A DNA stretch of 44,491 bases from assembly GCA_018698915.1 (NCBI GenBank), contig JABIPN010000017.1, positions 1 through 44,491 on the forward strand. The letters are read 5' to 3'. The DNA comes from Candidatus Woesearchaeota archaeon. GTDB taxonomy: Archaea > Nanobdellota > Nanobdellia > UBA10117 > ARS21. The number at the start of each line of letters is the position of its first letter. Position 1 is the first letter of the stretch. Shown in pieces: positions 10,093-19,523 of this stretch. The notes under the pieces were generated by a model. The model was given only the letters and a program-made list of their open reading frames with translations, made no database searches and was not told the origin of the DNA. The position numbers and the translations under genes are program-made.

Positions 10093-10093
10093 A

Positions 10094-10627
10094 ATGGCAG
10101 AAACAGCAACAAAAACCCAGACTAAGGACAATCCAATGCAAGAAATAAGAATCGAAAAGATTACTCTGAACATCGGGGCAGGAGCAGATCCTAAGAAGGT
10201 TGAAAAAGCAATAATGTTACTTTCAACAATTTCAGGGATGAAAGCAGTTGAAGCACAAGCAAAAAAGAGAATTGCAGCATGGAAACTTAGACCAGGTTTA
10301 GCAATCGGAGCAAAAGTAACAATTCGAAATAATACTGAAGAATTATTGATCAGATTATTAAAAGCAAATAGTTCAGTAATCTCCAAAAGAAAGTTCAATG
10401 AAAATGGATTCAGTTTTGGAATTGAAGAATACATCAACATTCCAGAAGTAAAATACGAACCAAAGATTGGAATTATTGGATTAAATGTTTCAGTAACTTT
10501 GAAACGTCCAGGTTTCAGAATAAAAAAGAGAAAACTTGCACCTAGAAAAATATCAAGCTCACATCGAATCACAAAAGAGGATGCAATTAAATTTGCAGAA
10601 ACTAAATTGGGAGTAAAAGTAGAATGA
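10094..10627 (+). CDS. rpl5: 50S ribosomal protein L5
   Basis: NPMQEIRIEKITLNIG, FSFGIEEY, RPGFRI. Confidence 0.97.
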   Translation: MAETATKTQTKDNPMQEIRIEKITLNIGAGADPKKVEKAIMLLSTISGMKAVEAQAKKRIAAWKLRPGLAIGAKVTIRNNTEELLIRLLKANSSVISKRKFNENGFSFGIEEYINIPEVKYEPKIGIIGLNVSVTLKRPGFRIKKRKLAPRKISSSHRITKEDAIKFAETKLGVKVE

Positions 10628-10845
10628 AATTACCGGGAATAAAAACAATGTCTTTCTCAAAGACAAAAAAGAAAAAGGTAGTCAGAAATAACTCAATTAA
10701 ACCAAGATCATATGGAAAAAACTTATCCAGATGTAATCGATGCGGAGGAAGAAAAGGAGGAAAAATTGGCCGATATGGTTTGGACATCTGTAGAAGATGT
10801 TTCAGAGAAGTTGCTCAAGACATAGGCTTTACAAAATACAGATAA
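10624..10845 (+). CDS. rps14: 30S ribosomal protein S14 (Zn-binding type)
   Basis: CNRC..YGLDICRRCFRE..GFTKY. Confidence 0.95.
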   Translation: MKLPGIKTMSFSKTKKKKVVRNNSIKPRSYGKNLSRCNRCGGRKGGKIGRYGLDICRRCFREVAQDIGFTKYR

Positions 10846-10846
10846 A

Positions 10847-11236
10847 ATGATGAATGATATACTTGCACAAGCATTGTCAAAAATAAATAACGCAGCAGCA
10901 AGAGGTAAATCAGAAGTTACACTACATCCATCCTCAAAAGTAGTTACAAAGATAATGACTTTATTAAAAGAGGAAGGCTACATTCAAGATTTCAAATCAG
11001 AGAATACAACAAGAGGAACCATTACAACAGTTCAACTAAACGGAAAGATAAACAAGGTTGGATCAATTAAACCAAGATTTTCTGTAACAATGGACACATA
11101 TGAAAAGTTCGAAAAGAGATATCTACCAGCAAAAGATTTTGGAAGAATTTTCGTGTCAACAACAGACGGAATAATCACACACATCAAAGCAAAAGAAGTA
11201 AACAAAGGAGGAGCATTAATAGCTTATATTTACTAA
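10847..11236 (+). CDS. rps8: 30S ribosomal protein S8
   Basis: IKPRF, EKRYLPAKDFG, VSTTDG. Confidence 0.97.
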   Translation: MMNDILAQALSKINNAAARGKSEVTLHPSSKVVTKIMTLLKEEGYIQDFKSENTTRGTITTVQLNGKINKVGSIKPRFSVTMDTYEKFEKRYLPAKDFGRIFVSTTDGIITHIKAKEVNKGGALIAYIY

Positions 11237-11237
11237 A

Positions 11238-11894
11238 ATGGCAACAACAAGGAGAACTCGAGTACAAGGAACACACTTTAGACATCAAGGAAAGTTTAGA
11301 CCTGTTTTGAAGTATAGAAAGGGTGGAAAGACAATTCCGATGCCCTTCGGAGAAAAAGTAAAACCAGAAGCAAGAGTCACAATAAGTGAAGGAGTAACTG
11401 TAATAATCGATAACAAGATGATAACCTTTTCAAAAGGAGAATATAAACTATCACGAGAATATCCTGTAGCACTAATTAAATTCAAACAAGAAAATAATGA
11501 AATCCTAATTCAAGGTCAATCAACTAGTGCAAAAGTAAGAGCAATTGTAGGATCATTTAATGCACACTTAAAAAACATTCAAAGAGGATTAGAAGAACCA
11601 TTTATATACAAATTAAAAATAACTTCAGTTCACTTTCCAATGACTGCAAAAATTGAAAATAATATTTTTGAATTAAAGAACTTTTTAGGTGGGAAGAAAC
11701 TTCGAACAGCAAAGATTCCAGAAGGAGTAGATATCAAACTAAATGGTGATGTTATCGAATTATCTTCAAGAGATATTGAACTTGTTGGAATGGCTTCAAC
11801 TCGATTAGAATTACTTACGCGAGTTACAAAACGAGATCGAAGAGTTTTCCAAGACGGCATATTCATTACAGAAAAGGCAGGTAAAGTATTATGA
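11238..11894 (+). CDS. rpl6: 50S ribosomal protein L6 with basic N-terminal extension
   Basis: HFPM, NFLGGK, RDRRVFQDGIFI. Confidence 0.96.
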   Translation: MATTRRTRVQGTHFRHQGKFRPVLKYRKGGKTIPMPFGEKVKPEARVTISEGVTVIIDNKMITFSKGEYKLSREYPVALIKFKQENNEILIQGQSTSAKVRAIVGSFNAHLKNIQRGLEEPFIYKLKITSVHFPMTAKIENNIFELKNFLGGKKLRTAKIPEGVDIKLNGDVIELSSRDIELVGMASTRLELLTRVTKRDRRVFQDGIFITEKAGKVL

Positions 11895-12526
11895 AAGAAT
11901 TAATAGCTCAAAAAATTTCAATGAAGAAAAGAAGACCTAAGTTTGAGCGACAAGAAGCTCATGTTAAACCAAGACTAAGTAGATCTGGATGGAGAAAACC
12001 AAGAGGGATTCAATCAAAGATGAGACTTCAAAGAAAAGGATACAACGCAACAGTAAAAGTAGGTTATAGAACTCCAAGAGCACTACGAGGAAGACTAATT
12101 AGCGGACTTATTGAAACAATAGTTATAAATCCAACTGAGTTAAAAGATATTCAAAAAGATCAGATTGCATTAATTCCAAGAACTTTAGGAAACCGAAAAA
12201 GATTGGAAGTACTAAAAGAAGCAAAAAAATTGAAAATAAGAATCTCAAATTATTCAAACATTGATGCAAAGATTTCAGAAATTGAAGATAATCTAGTTGA
12301 ACGAAAGAAACGAAGATCAGAATCAAAATCAAAGAAAACAGAAAAGGCAAAAAAACTAGCAAAGAAAGAAGAAGAAAAGAAAAACAAAGATAAGAAAAAA
12401 CAAAAGAAAGAAGAAAAGAAAGTAGAAGAAAAAACAAAAGAATCAAACTCAAAAACTGAAAAAACAAAGGCTGAACCAAAAAAGTCACCAGTCAAGAAAA
12501 AATCAAAGAAGGAGACTAAGAAATGA
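11891..12526 (+). CDS. rpl32e: 50S ribosomal protein L32e with Lys/Glu-rich tail
   Basis: PKFERQE, WRKPRGIQSKMR, VKVGYRTP. Confidence 0.96.
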   Translation: MKELIAQKISMKKRRPKFERQEAHVKPRLSRSGWRKPRGIQSKMRLQRKGYNATVKVGYRTPRALRGRLISGLIETIVINPTELKDIQKDQIALIPRTLGNRKRLEVLKEAKKLKIRISNYSNIDAKISEIEDNLVERKKRRSESKSKKTEKAKKLAKKEEEKKNKDKKKQKKEEKKVEEKTKESNSKTEKTKAEPKKSPVKKKSKKETKK

Positions 12527-12981
12527 ATCTAGAAATGCAAAAGCGACTATCTTCAAAAGTAGCAAAAGTAGGACTAGCTCGAGTAAAAATTAATCCTGAA
12601 AATGTTGATCAAGTCAAGGAAGCAATTACAAAAGCAGATATCCGTGATTTAATTGACAACAAAGTAATTGAAATCTTACCTCTTGTAAGAAATTCAAAAG
12701 CAAGAGCAAGACTTCGAGCCAAAGCAAAGAAAAAAGGACGTCAAAGCGGACCAGGTTCAAAAGTAGGTACAAGGAATGCAAGAACTCCAACAAAAAGAGT
12801 GTGGATTAATAGAATAAGACTCCAAAGAAAAATAATCAAATCATTCAAAGATTCAGGAAGACTTTCCACGGGCGATTGGAAAACATTATATTATCGTGCT
12901 AAAGGAGGATTCTTCCGTAACAAGCGACACTTACTTCAAACCCTTGAACAAGGTAAATTGCTTAAGGAGAAAAAGAAATAA
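12523..12981 (+). CDS. rpl19e: 50S ribosomal protein L19e
   Basis: AITKADIRDLI, WINRIR, LYYRAKGGFF. Confidence 0.96.
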   Translation: MNLEMQKRLSSKVAKVGLARVKINPENVDQVKEAITKADIRDLIDNKVIEILPLVRNSKARARLRAKAKKKGRQSGPGSKVGTRNARTPTKRVWINRIRLQRKIIKSFKDSGRLSTGDWKTLYYRAKGGFFRNKRHLLQTLEQGKLLKEKKK

Positions 12982-13472
12982 TGGCAACAGGAAAAAGATT
13001 CAACGTAAGATTTAGAAGAAGAAGAGAAGGTAAAACAAGTTACAAAAAGAGACTTGCTTTAGCAAAATCTGAACTACCAAAATTAGTAGTAAGAAGATCA
13101 AATAGATATTTGATTGCACAAATTGTAAACTATACGGAAGAAGGAGACACAACAGTTGCACACTTCAATTCACAGTCACTGAAATCAAAAGGATGGAAAC
13201 ATTCATGTACAAATATTCCTGCAGGATACTTAACAGGTCTTGCAATTGCAGGCGCAGCTAAGAAAGCAAAAGTTGCAGAAGCAATTTTGGATATGGGTTC
13301 ATATACGCCTACAAAAGGATGTAAAGTTTATGCAATTTTGAAAGGAGCAATAGATGGTGGACTAAAAGTTTCAGCATCTGAAGAAGCATTACCAAGCGAA
13401 GAAAGACTAACCGGAGTACATATTAATGAGAAGATTTCAGCAGATTTAAAAAAGCTTAAGGAGAGCATCTAA
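12981..13472 (+). CDS. rpl18: 50S ribosomal protein L18
   Basis: FRRRREGKT, LVVRRSNR, YLTGL. Confidence 0.96.
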   Translation: MATGKRFNVRFRRRREGKTSYKKRLALAKSELPKLVVRRSNRYLIAQIVNYTEEGDTTVAHFNSQSLKSKGWKHSCTNIPAGYLTGLAIAGAAKKAKVAEAILDMGSYTPTKGCKVYAILKGAIDGGLKVSASEEALPSEERLTGVHINEKISADLKKLKESI

Positions 13473-13474
13473 AA

Positions 13475-14239
13475 ATGGCACGACCAAAAAGAAACTTCAA
13501 ACCTAGACAAAGACTCGATGCAGACGGAAACGTAATCGATCCTAGAACAAAAATGCTTGAAGAATGGAATCCAAAAACAGAATTAGGAAGAAAAGTAAAA
13601 GCAGGAGAAATCACAACAATTGAAGAAGTTATGAATTCAGGAAAGAGAATATTAGAATCAGAAATTGTTGATGCAGTTATTCCAAATTTAGAATCAGATT
13701 TTATTAATGTTGGTCAAGCAAAAGGTAAATTTGGTGGCGGACAAAGAAGAATATTTAAACAAACTCAAAAGAAAACAAAAGATGGAAATAGAATTTCATT
13801 CAATGCATTGGCAGTTGTAGGAAACCGAGACGGTTATGTTGGCGTAGGAGTTGGGAGATCTAAAGAAACAGTTCCTGCAAAAGACAAAGCAATCAGAAAT
13901 GCTAAATTAAATATAATGCAAATTGGAAGAGGAAATGGCTCTTGGGAAAGTGAAACCCCAGAACCAACTTCAATACCTTTTGAGATTAGTGGAAGAAGCG
14001 GATCTGTAAGAGTAACATTTATGCCCGCGCCACCAGGAACAGACTTAGTTATTGAAAATGAACTTAAGAAAATATTCAAACTTGCAGGAATCAAAGATGT
14101 TTGGTCAAAATCCAAAGGTCAAGCAAGACAAAAATTCAATCTTGTTGCAGCAACAATGAAGGCGCTGAAACAAACAACAACTTTCAGACTTAGAGATCAA
14201 CAAAAAGCACTAGTGAGAGAAGGATCAATTAACAAATGA
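13475..14239 (+). CDS. rps5: 30S ribosomal protein S5
   Basis: WNPKTELGRKV, VVGNRDGYVGVG, LAGIKDVW. Confidence 0.97.
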   Translation: MARPKRNFKPRQRLDADGNVIDPRTKMLEEWNPKTELGRKVKAGEITTIEEVMNSGKRILESEIVDAVIPNLESDFINVGQAKGKFGGGQRRIFKQTQKKTKDGNRISFNALAVVGNRDGYVGVGVGRSKETVPAKDKAIRNAKLNIMQIGRGNGSWESETPEPTSIPFEISGRSGSVRVTFMPAPPGTDLVIENELKKIFKLAGIKDVWSKSKGQARQKFNLVAATMKALKQTTTFRLRDQQKALVREGSINK

Positions 14240-14721
14240 AATCAATAGAAGGAACTTTAATTGCAGTATTAAGAATTCGAGGAGAAGTTGGAGTTCGAGA
14301 TCAAATAAAACAAGCAATGAACTTAATGAAACTTCACAGAAAGAATCGAGTTATTCTATTGAAAAATACTCAATCAAATGTTGGAATGATCAATAAAGTA
14401 AAAGACTATTGTACTTTTGGAGAAGTTGATGCAGAATTAGTAAAAGAACTTCTTGAAAAGCGAGGTCGTACTGCAGGAAATAAACAATTGACAGCAGATT
14501 ATTTGAAAAAAGAAGCAAAAACTGACTTCTATTCATTATCAAAAGCTTTAGTTGAAGGAAAAGCTTCATTGAAAGATATTCCTGGTCTAAAGCGATACTT
14601 CAAAATGCATCCACCAGTTGGAGGATTTGAACGAGGCGGAGTTAAGCATCCGTTTGCAGCAGGAGGAGCACTTGGATATAGAGGAAAAGAAATGAGCAAA
14701 CTTATCCAAAAGATGATCTAA
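14236..14721 (+). CDS. rpl30: 50S ribosomal protein L30
   Basis: AVLRIRG, KVKDYCTFGE, HPPVGGF, GALGYRG. Confidence 0.96.
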   Translation: MKSIEGTLIAVLRIRGEVGVRDQIKQAMNLMKLHRKNRVILLKNTQSNVGMINKVKDYCTFGEVDAELVKELLEKRGRTAGNKQLTADYLKKEAKTDFYSLSKALVEGKASLKDIPGLKRYFKMHPPVGGFERGGVKHPFAAGGALGYRGKEMSKLIQKMI

Positions 14722-14722
14722 A

Positions 14723-15190
14723 ATGGCAGAAAAGAAATCTCGAAAGAAACGCGGAACTCGAACCCACGGATGGGGTGCAGGTAAAAAGCACAGAGGTGCT
14801 GGAAACCGCGGCGGACGAGGAAGAGCAGGAATGGGAAAACGAGGACAACAAAAGAAAACTTTACCTCTAGCTCAAGGAAAGAAACCTGTTGGTCAAATTG
14901 CAAACAACAATAAAGGAATGCCGGTCGTTCTTGAAAGAGTTAAGAAAATTAATGTTCTAAATTTAGTTGATTTACAAAACAATATGGAAAAATGGACTGC
15001 TGAAGGAAAAGCAGAGAAAACAAAAACTGGTTATTCAGTTGATTTAGAAAAGATTGGATACACAAAACTTCTATCAAAAGGTGAAGTTACATTTAAACTC
15101 AATATTAAAATAAATTCAGCTTCAGCAAAAGCTAAAGAAAAACTTGAAGCTGCAGGCGGAAAAATTGAACTAAGAGTTTCAAAAGAGTAA
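14723..15190 (+). CDS. rpl15: 50S ribosomal protein L15
   Basis: RGTRTHGWG..HRGAGNRGGRGRAG. Confidence 0.97.
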   Translation: MAEKKSRKKRGTRTHGWGAGKKHRGAGNRGGRGRAGMGKRGQQKKTLPLAQGKKPVGQIANNNKGMPVVLERVKKINVLNLVDLQNNMEKWTAEGKAEKTKTGYSVDLEKIGYTKLLSKGEVTFKLNIKINSASAKAKEKLEAAGGKIELRVSKE

Positions 15191-15221
15191 GTAATAAAAA
15201 CGCAAGACTGCATTCATAATC

Positions 15222-16616
15222 ATGAGTTTGATTCAAACAGTTTCAAAGTACATCCCAGATGTTAATGGACCAACTAAAAAGCTCGGATTCAATAAAAAAT
15301 TAAAATGGACAGGAATTGTCCTACTTCTTTATTATGTTCTTTTACACATTCCACTTTATGGTTTAGGTACTAATGCACTTAAACAATTTGAAGCATTATC
15401 TACAATTCTCGGAGCAAGTTTCGGTTCCTTAATTTCATTAGGTATTGGTCCTATTGTAACTGCAAGCATTGTATTACAATTACTAGCAGGATCGGGAATT
15501 CTCAAAATCGATTTAACAAAACCAGGCGGTAGAGCAGCATTTCAATCTATGCAGAAAGTATTCATACTTCTTTTTGTAGTATTCGAATCGATAGTCTATG
15601 TTATGATGGGTGGTTTAGCACCAACAGCCGAACTAACTGGAGGAGCATATCTATTTATGGAAATAATACTAATCATTCAGCTAATTGTTGGAGGATATAT
15701 GATTGTTCTTATGGATGGAGTTGTCCAGAAATGGGGATTCGGATCAGGAGTATCATTATTCATCGCAGCAGGAGTTTCCAGAGAAATATTCATCGCAGCA
15801 TTCAGTCCATTTCCATCACCAACAAATCCAGATGCACCAGTAGGTAAAATTCCACTACTTATTCAAGCACTAGGAACAGGTAATTCACCAGAAGTAATTC
15901 TTTCAATTATAGCCGTAGTAGCAACAATCGGAGTATTTGCTATGTCGGTTTATGGACAATCAATGAAGGTTGAAATTCCACTTTCATGGGGTAGAGTAAG
16001 AGGTCACGGAATAAGATGGCCATTAAAATTCATGTATACTTCAAATATTCCAGTAATTTTAGTCGCTGCACTTATGGCAAATATACAACTATGGGGGAGA
16101 CTTTTAGAAAATTGGGGAAAACCAATTCTTGGAACATTTGAAAACGGAGTGGCACAAACAGGATTAGTAAAGTGGGTTAATGCACCAGATATTATAAGAC
16201 CAATAGTTGCAGGTTCAGGACTGACGGGAGAAATATTTCTTCAAGCAATAATTTATTCATTATTACTAATTGCGGGTTCAGCATTCTTCTCTGTTCTTTG
16301 GGTAAAGACTGCGAATATGAGTGCGGATGCTCAAGCAAGACAAATTTTATCCTCAGGAATGCAGATACCAGGATTCAGACGAGATCCTAGAGTTCTTGAA
16401 AGTATATTAAACAGATATATACCGGGACTTACAATAATGGGTGGAGCATTAGTTGGTTTACTTGCAGCATTTGCAGACTTAATGGGATCTCTAAGTCGAG
16501 GAACAGGAATACTATTGGCAGTTATGATTATATACAAACTCTATGAAGATATTTCGAGAGAGCACGCAATGGATCTACATCCAGCGCTAAAGAAAATGAT
16601 GGGCGGCGAAAAATAA
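15222..16616 (+). CDS. secY: Preprotein translocase subunit SecY
   Basis: LGIGPIVTASIVLQLL, GSGVSLFI, YTSNIPVIL, IPGFRR, GTGILL. Confidence 0.98.
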   Translation: MSLIQTVSKYIPDVNGPTKKLGFNKKLKWTGIVLLLYYVLLHIPLYGLGTNALKQFEALSTILGASFGSLISLGIGPIVTASIVLQLLAGSGILKIDLTKPGGRAAFQSMQKVFILLFVVFESIVYVMMGGLAPTAELTGGAYLFMEIILIIQLIVGGYMIVLMDGVVQKWGFGSGVSLFIAAGVSREIFIAAFSPFPSPTNPDAPVGKIPLLIQALGTGNSPEVILSIIAVVATIGVFAMSVYGQSMKVEIPLSWGRVRGHGIRWPLKFMYTSNIPVILVAALMANIQLWGRLLENWGKPILGTFENGVAQTGLVKWVNAPDIIRPIVAGSGLTGEIFLQAIIYSLLLIAGSAFFSVLWVKTANMSADAQARQILSSGMQIPGFRRDPRVLESILNRYIPGLTIMGGALVGLLAAFADLMGSLSRGTGILLAVMIIYKLYEDISREHAMDLHPALKKMMGGEK

Positions 16617-16617
16617 A

Positions 16618-17040
16618 ATGGCATTAATATTTGGACTTGGCCCAATAACTTTCATGACTGTGGCAGTTATAATAATAACTTTACTAATCACAGTTGTTCA
16701 AAAATATACTGTTGATCAAAATGTTATGCGGGAATTAAAAGAAGATTCCAAAAAGATGAGGAAGGAACTAAAAGCAATAAAAGATAATCCAGCAAAAATG
16801 CAACAACATCAGAAAAAAATGATGGAGCTTTCAATGAAACAAATGAAAATGTCATTTAAACCAATGATGTATTATATGATTCCACTAATCTTATTCTTCA
16901 CATGGCTAAGAAATACTATGACTGGAATAATTGTATTAAAGCCACCAATCTGGCCATGGGAAATGGGTTATCTTGGTTCATATATCATATTATCAATATT
17001 TTTCTCTATGATGTTTAGAAAGATACTTAAAGTAAATTAA
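16618..17040 (+). CDS. DUF106 / EMC3-TMCO1 (Oxa1 superfamily) membrane protein
   Basis: TM, coiled coil and Met-rich 'MKMSFKPM' segment; typical position after secY. Confidence 0.85.
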   Translation: MALIFGLGPITFMTVAVIIITLLITVVQKYTVDQNVMRELKEDSKKMRKELKAIKDNPAKMQQHQKKMMELSMKQMKMSFKPMMYYMIPLILFFTWLRNTMTGIIVLKPPIWPWEMGYLGSYIILSIFFSMMFRKILKVN

Positions 17041-17052
17041 CAAAAGTGAATT

Positions 17053-17337
17053 ATGGAAATTGGGAAAGTTTGTATGAAGATTGCAGGACGCGATGCAGGT
17101 AGACCGGCAATCGTAATCGAAGTACACAAAGACGGTTATGTAACAATTGACGGATATTCTAGAAGAAAGAAAGTTAATCCACAACATTTACAATTTATTG
17201 GAACAAAGGTTGATATAAAGAAAGGTGCAACTCATGACACAGTAATTAAGGCTCTTGAAAAGCTTGGATTCTCTCAACCAGAAAAATCAACTTTCGAGAA
17301 AAAAGCAAGGAAGAAAAACAAGAAGTCTAAAAAGTAA
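17053..17337 (+). CDS. rpl14e: 50S ribosomal protein L14e
   Basis: EIGKVCMKIAGRDAG, RRKKVNPQHL. Confidence 0.93.
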   Translation: MEIGKVCMKIAGRDAGRPAIVIEVHKDGYVTIDGYSRRKKVNPQHLQFIGTKVDIKKGATHDTVIKALEKLGFSQPEKSTFEKKARKKNKKSKK

Positions 17338-17367
17338 TTTTTTATACACACAAAACCTTACAAAAAC

Positions 17368-18279
17368 ATGAAAATCTTAGTTAGAGACAAATCAATAAAA
17401 ATTCTTAAGAGAACTCCAAAGAAAGATATTAAAGAACTAAGAGAACATTCACTAATAATTCTAAATAAACCAAAAGGTCCGTATTCAAGAAAAGCAACCA
17501 GATTTTTACTAGATCTGGGAATAAAAAAAGCAGGACATGCTGGAACATTAGATCCAATTACAACAGGAGTTTTACCAGTATTTCTAAATAGAGGAAACAA
17601 GATATCAGGAATACTCACAATATCAAAAAAAATATACCGAGCAAACATGCATCTACATAAAGAAGTTCCAAATAAAAAAATCCAAAAAGCAGTAAAAAAA
17701 TTCACTGGAAAAATTGAACAACTTGTTCCAAAGAAATCGGCAGTAAAAAGACAAGTCAGAACAAGAGAAATTTATAAGTCAAAGATAGAAAAAATTGATG
17801 GAAGAGATGTAACACTTTATGTCGAATGTGAAGCAGGAACATACATAAGAAAATTAATTCATGACATTGGAGAAGATCTGAGTGTTGGAGCAAACATGGA
17901 TCAACTTGAAAGAATAAAATCGGGACCTTTTTTCCTAAAACATGCACACTCAACAAAAGTAATTAACGAAGCAATAAAATCAAAAGATGAAACAAAATTA
18001 AGAAAAGTTTTACTTCCATTAGAAAGAGCAGTTGAAGAAATGCCTAAAGTGTGGGTTGATGACGGCGTATTGAAACCATTTAGTTATGGTTCACCAATTT
18101 ATTACAACGGAATATTACAACTAACTAATAATATCGAGTTCAAAGATAAGGTTGCACTGTTCAATACGAAGAATGAATTAATTGGAGTTGGAATTGCACG
18201 CGGAAATTCAAAAGAATTATTAACTGAAACTGAAGGGACTGCAATAAGAAACGATATCAATTTAACTAAAATAGAATGA
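17368..18279 (+). CDS. cbf5: Pseudouridine synthase Cbf5 (TruB family) with PUA domain
   Basis: NKPKGP, catalytic motif GHAGTLDP, CEAGTYIRKL. Confidence 0.95.
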   Translation: MKILVRDKSIKILKRTPKKDIKELREHSLIILNKPKGPYSRKATRFLLDLGIKKAGHAGTLDPITTGVLPVFLNRGNKISGILTISKKIYRANMHLHKEVPNKKIQKAVKKFTGKIEQLVPKKSAVKRQVRTREIYKSKIEKIDGRDVTLYVECEAGTYIRKLIHDIGEDLSVGANMDQLERIKSGPFFLKHAHSTKVINEAIKSKDETKLRKVLLPLERAVEEMPKVWVDDGVLKPFSYGSPIYYNGILQLTNNIEFKDKVALFNTKNELIGVGIARGNSKELLTETEGTAIRNDINLTKIE

Positions 18280-18425
18280 TACAAAAAGAACTACTAGATG
18301 TTTTAGCATGTCCAGATGATAAATCTGAATTAGATCAGGGAAATGGAAAATTAATTTGTAAAAAATGTAAAAGAGTTTTTAAAATTGAAGATGGAATTCC
18401 AATAATGCTTCCAAAAGATTTCTAA
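18276..18425 (+). CDS. trm112: Trm112-family methyltransferase activator, 49 aa (absent from the ORF track)
   Basis: Translated by hand: MIQKELLDVLACPDDKSELDQGNGKLICKKCKRVFKIEDGIPIMLPKDF; ATGA overlap with the cbf5 stop. Confidence 0.9.
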   Translation: MIQKELLDVLACPDDKSELDQGNGKLICKKCKRVFKIEDGIPIMLPKDF

Positions 18426-18811
18426 ATTTTAATTCGACGTTCAATTTTTTTCTTAACTTCAATTGGATTCTTTATATAATGAAATACTAAATCTGCATGC
18501 CCGCCAGTTTGAGTATGAATATGAATGTGTCCATAATTCAAAATTGCACCCAATGCACTTTGATTAACTTTTACAGTAGTCATATTATTATATCTAACTG
18601 CTTTGGAATGATCACCAATCAAACCATGTCGCAACAGTACTCGATCATTAGTAATAACTAAATGAGTAGTATATTTTTTTATTGTAGCATGGATTAGTGG
18701 GATAATTAAGGGAGACAATGCAAGTTGCCTATGATATTTAAGCCAAGAAGGGCGTTCAACATATTGTATTTTTTCACCTTCATGAAGATGTCTTTTTATT
18801 TTTTTACTCAT
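18422..18811 (-). CDS. Bacterial PH-domain (bPH_2-like) membrane-associated protein
   Basis: 'VITNDRVLLRHGLI..VNQSALGAILNYGHIHIHT' pattern. Confidence 0.75.
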   Translation of the reverse strand: MSKKIKRHLHEGEKIQYVERPSWLKYHRQLALSPLIIPLIHATIKKYTTHLVITNDRVLLRHGLIGDHSKAVRYNNMTTVKVNQSALGAILNYGHIHIHTQTGGHADLVFHYIKNPIEVKKKIERRIKI

Positions 18812-18895
18812 AATTATACCATATCTTTCAAATATTTAAAGATTCAGATAAGCCAGTAATAAGGTTTTTAAACCTAAAACAATGACAAAAACCAC

Positions 18896-18978
18896 GCCAA
18901 GGTCGCATAGCCTGGTATTGCGCAGGATTGCTAATTCTGTTCCTTCGGGAGTCGCGGGTTCAAATCCCGTCCTTGGCG
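18896..18978 (+). tRNA. tRNA-Ser(GCT)
   Basis: Acceptor GCCAAGG/CCTTGGC, anticodon arm CAGGA-TTGCTAA-TTCTG, long variable arm, T-loop TTCAAAT. Confidence 0.95.
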
Positions 18979-19067
18979 TTCGTTATTAAAATTTAACAAA
19001 CCACTTGCTCTAAGTGATTTGGTTTTCCATCGATACCTTTAAAAACTAAACATAAATTAATGAGGTT

Positions 19068-19523
19068 ATGGCTGAGAGTGAATTCAGAGCAATTATTCGA
19101 TTAGGAGACAAGGATATCAAGGGCGAAGTACCAATGGGTCACGCACTAACAAAGCCTAAAGGCTCATCCTTTATGTTTGCTAATGCTATTTGTAAAGTTC
19201 TTAATTTAGATATAAAGAAGAAATGTGGTGCTTATGATCTTAAAGAAATTGAAAAAATTGAAGATGCTATTAGAAATCCATCAAAATATAATATTCCAAC
19301 TTGGCTTATGAATCGTAGAAAAGATAGAGAAACAGGAGAAGATAAACATCTTTTATCCTCAGATCTAGATCTTACAAAACAATTCGACATAAGAGCCATG
19401 AGAAAGATTAAGAGTTATAAGGGAGTTAGACACGCAGCAGGTTCTAAGAAAGTTCGTGGTCAATCCACTAAATCTACTGGAAGAAAAGGTAGCGTTGCTA
19501 CACGTAAGAAGGAAACTAAATAA
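19068..19523 (+). CDS. rps13: 30S ribosomal protein S13
   Basis: IPTWLMNRRKDRETG, SYKGVRH, VRGQST. Confidence 0.97.
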   Translation: MAESEFRAIIRLGDKDIKGEVPMGHALTKPKGSSFMFANAICKVLNLDIKKKCGAYDLKEIEKIEDAIRNPSKYNIPTWLMNRRKDRETGEDKHLLSSDLDLTKQFDIRAMRKIKSYKGVRHAAGSKKVRGQSTKSTGRKGSVATRKKETK

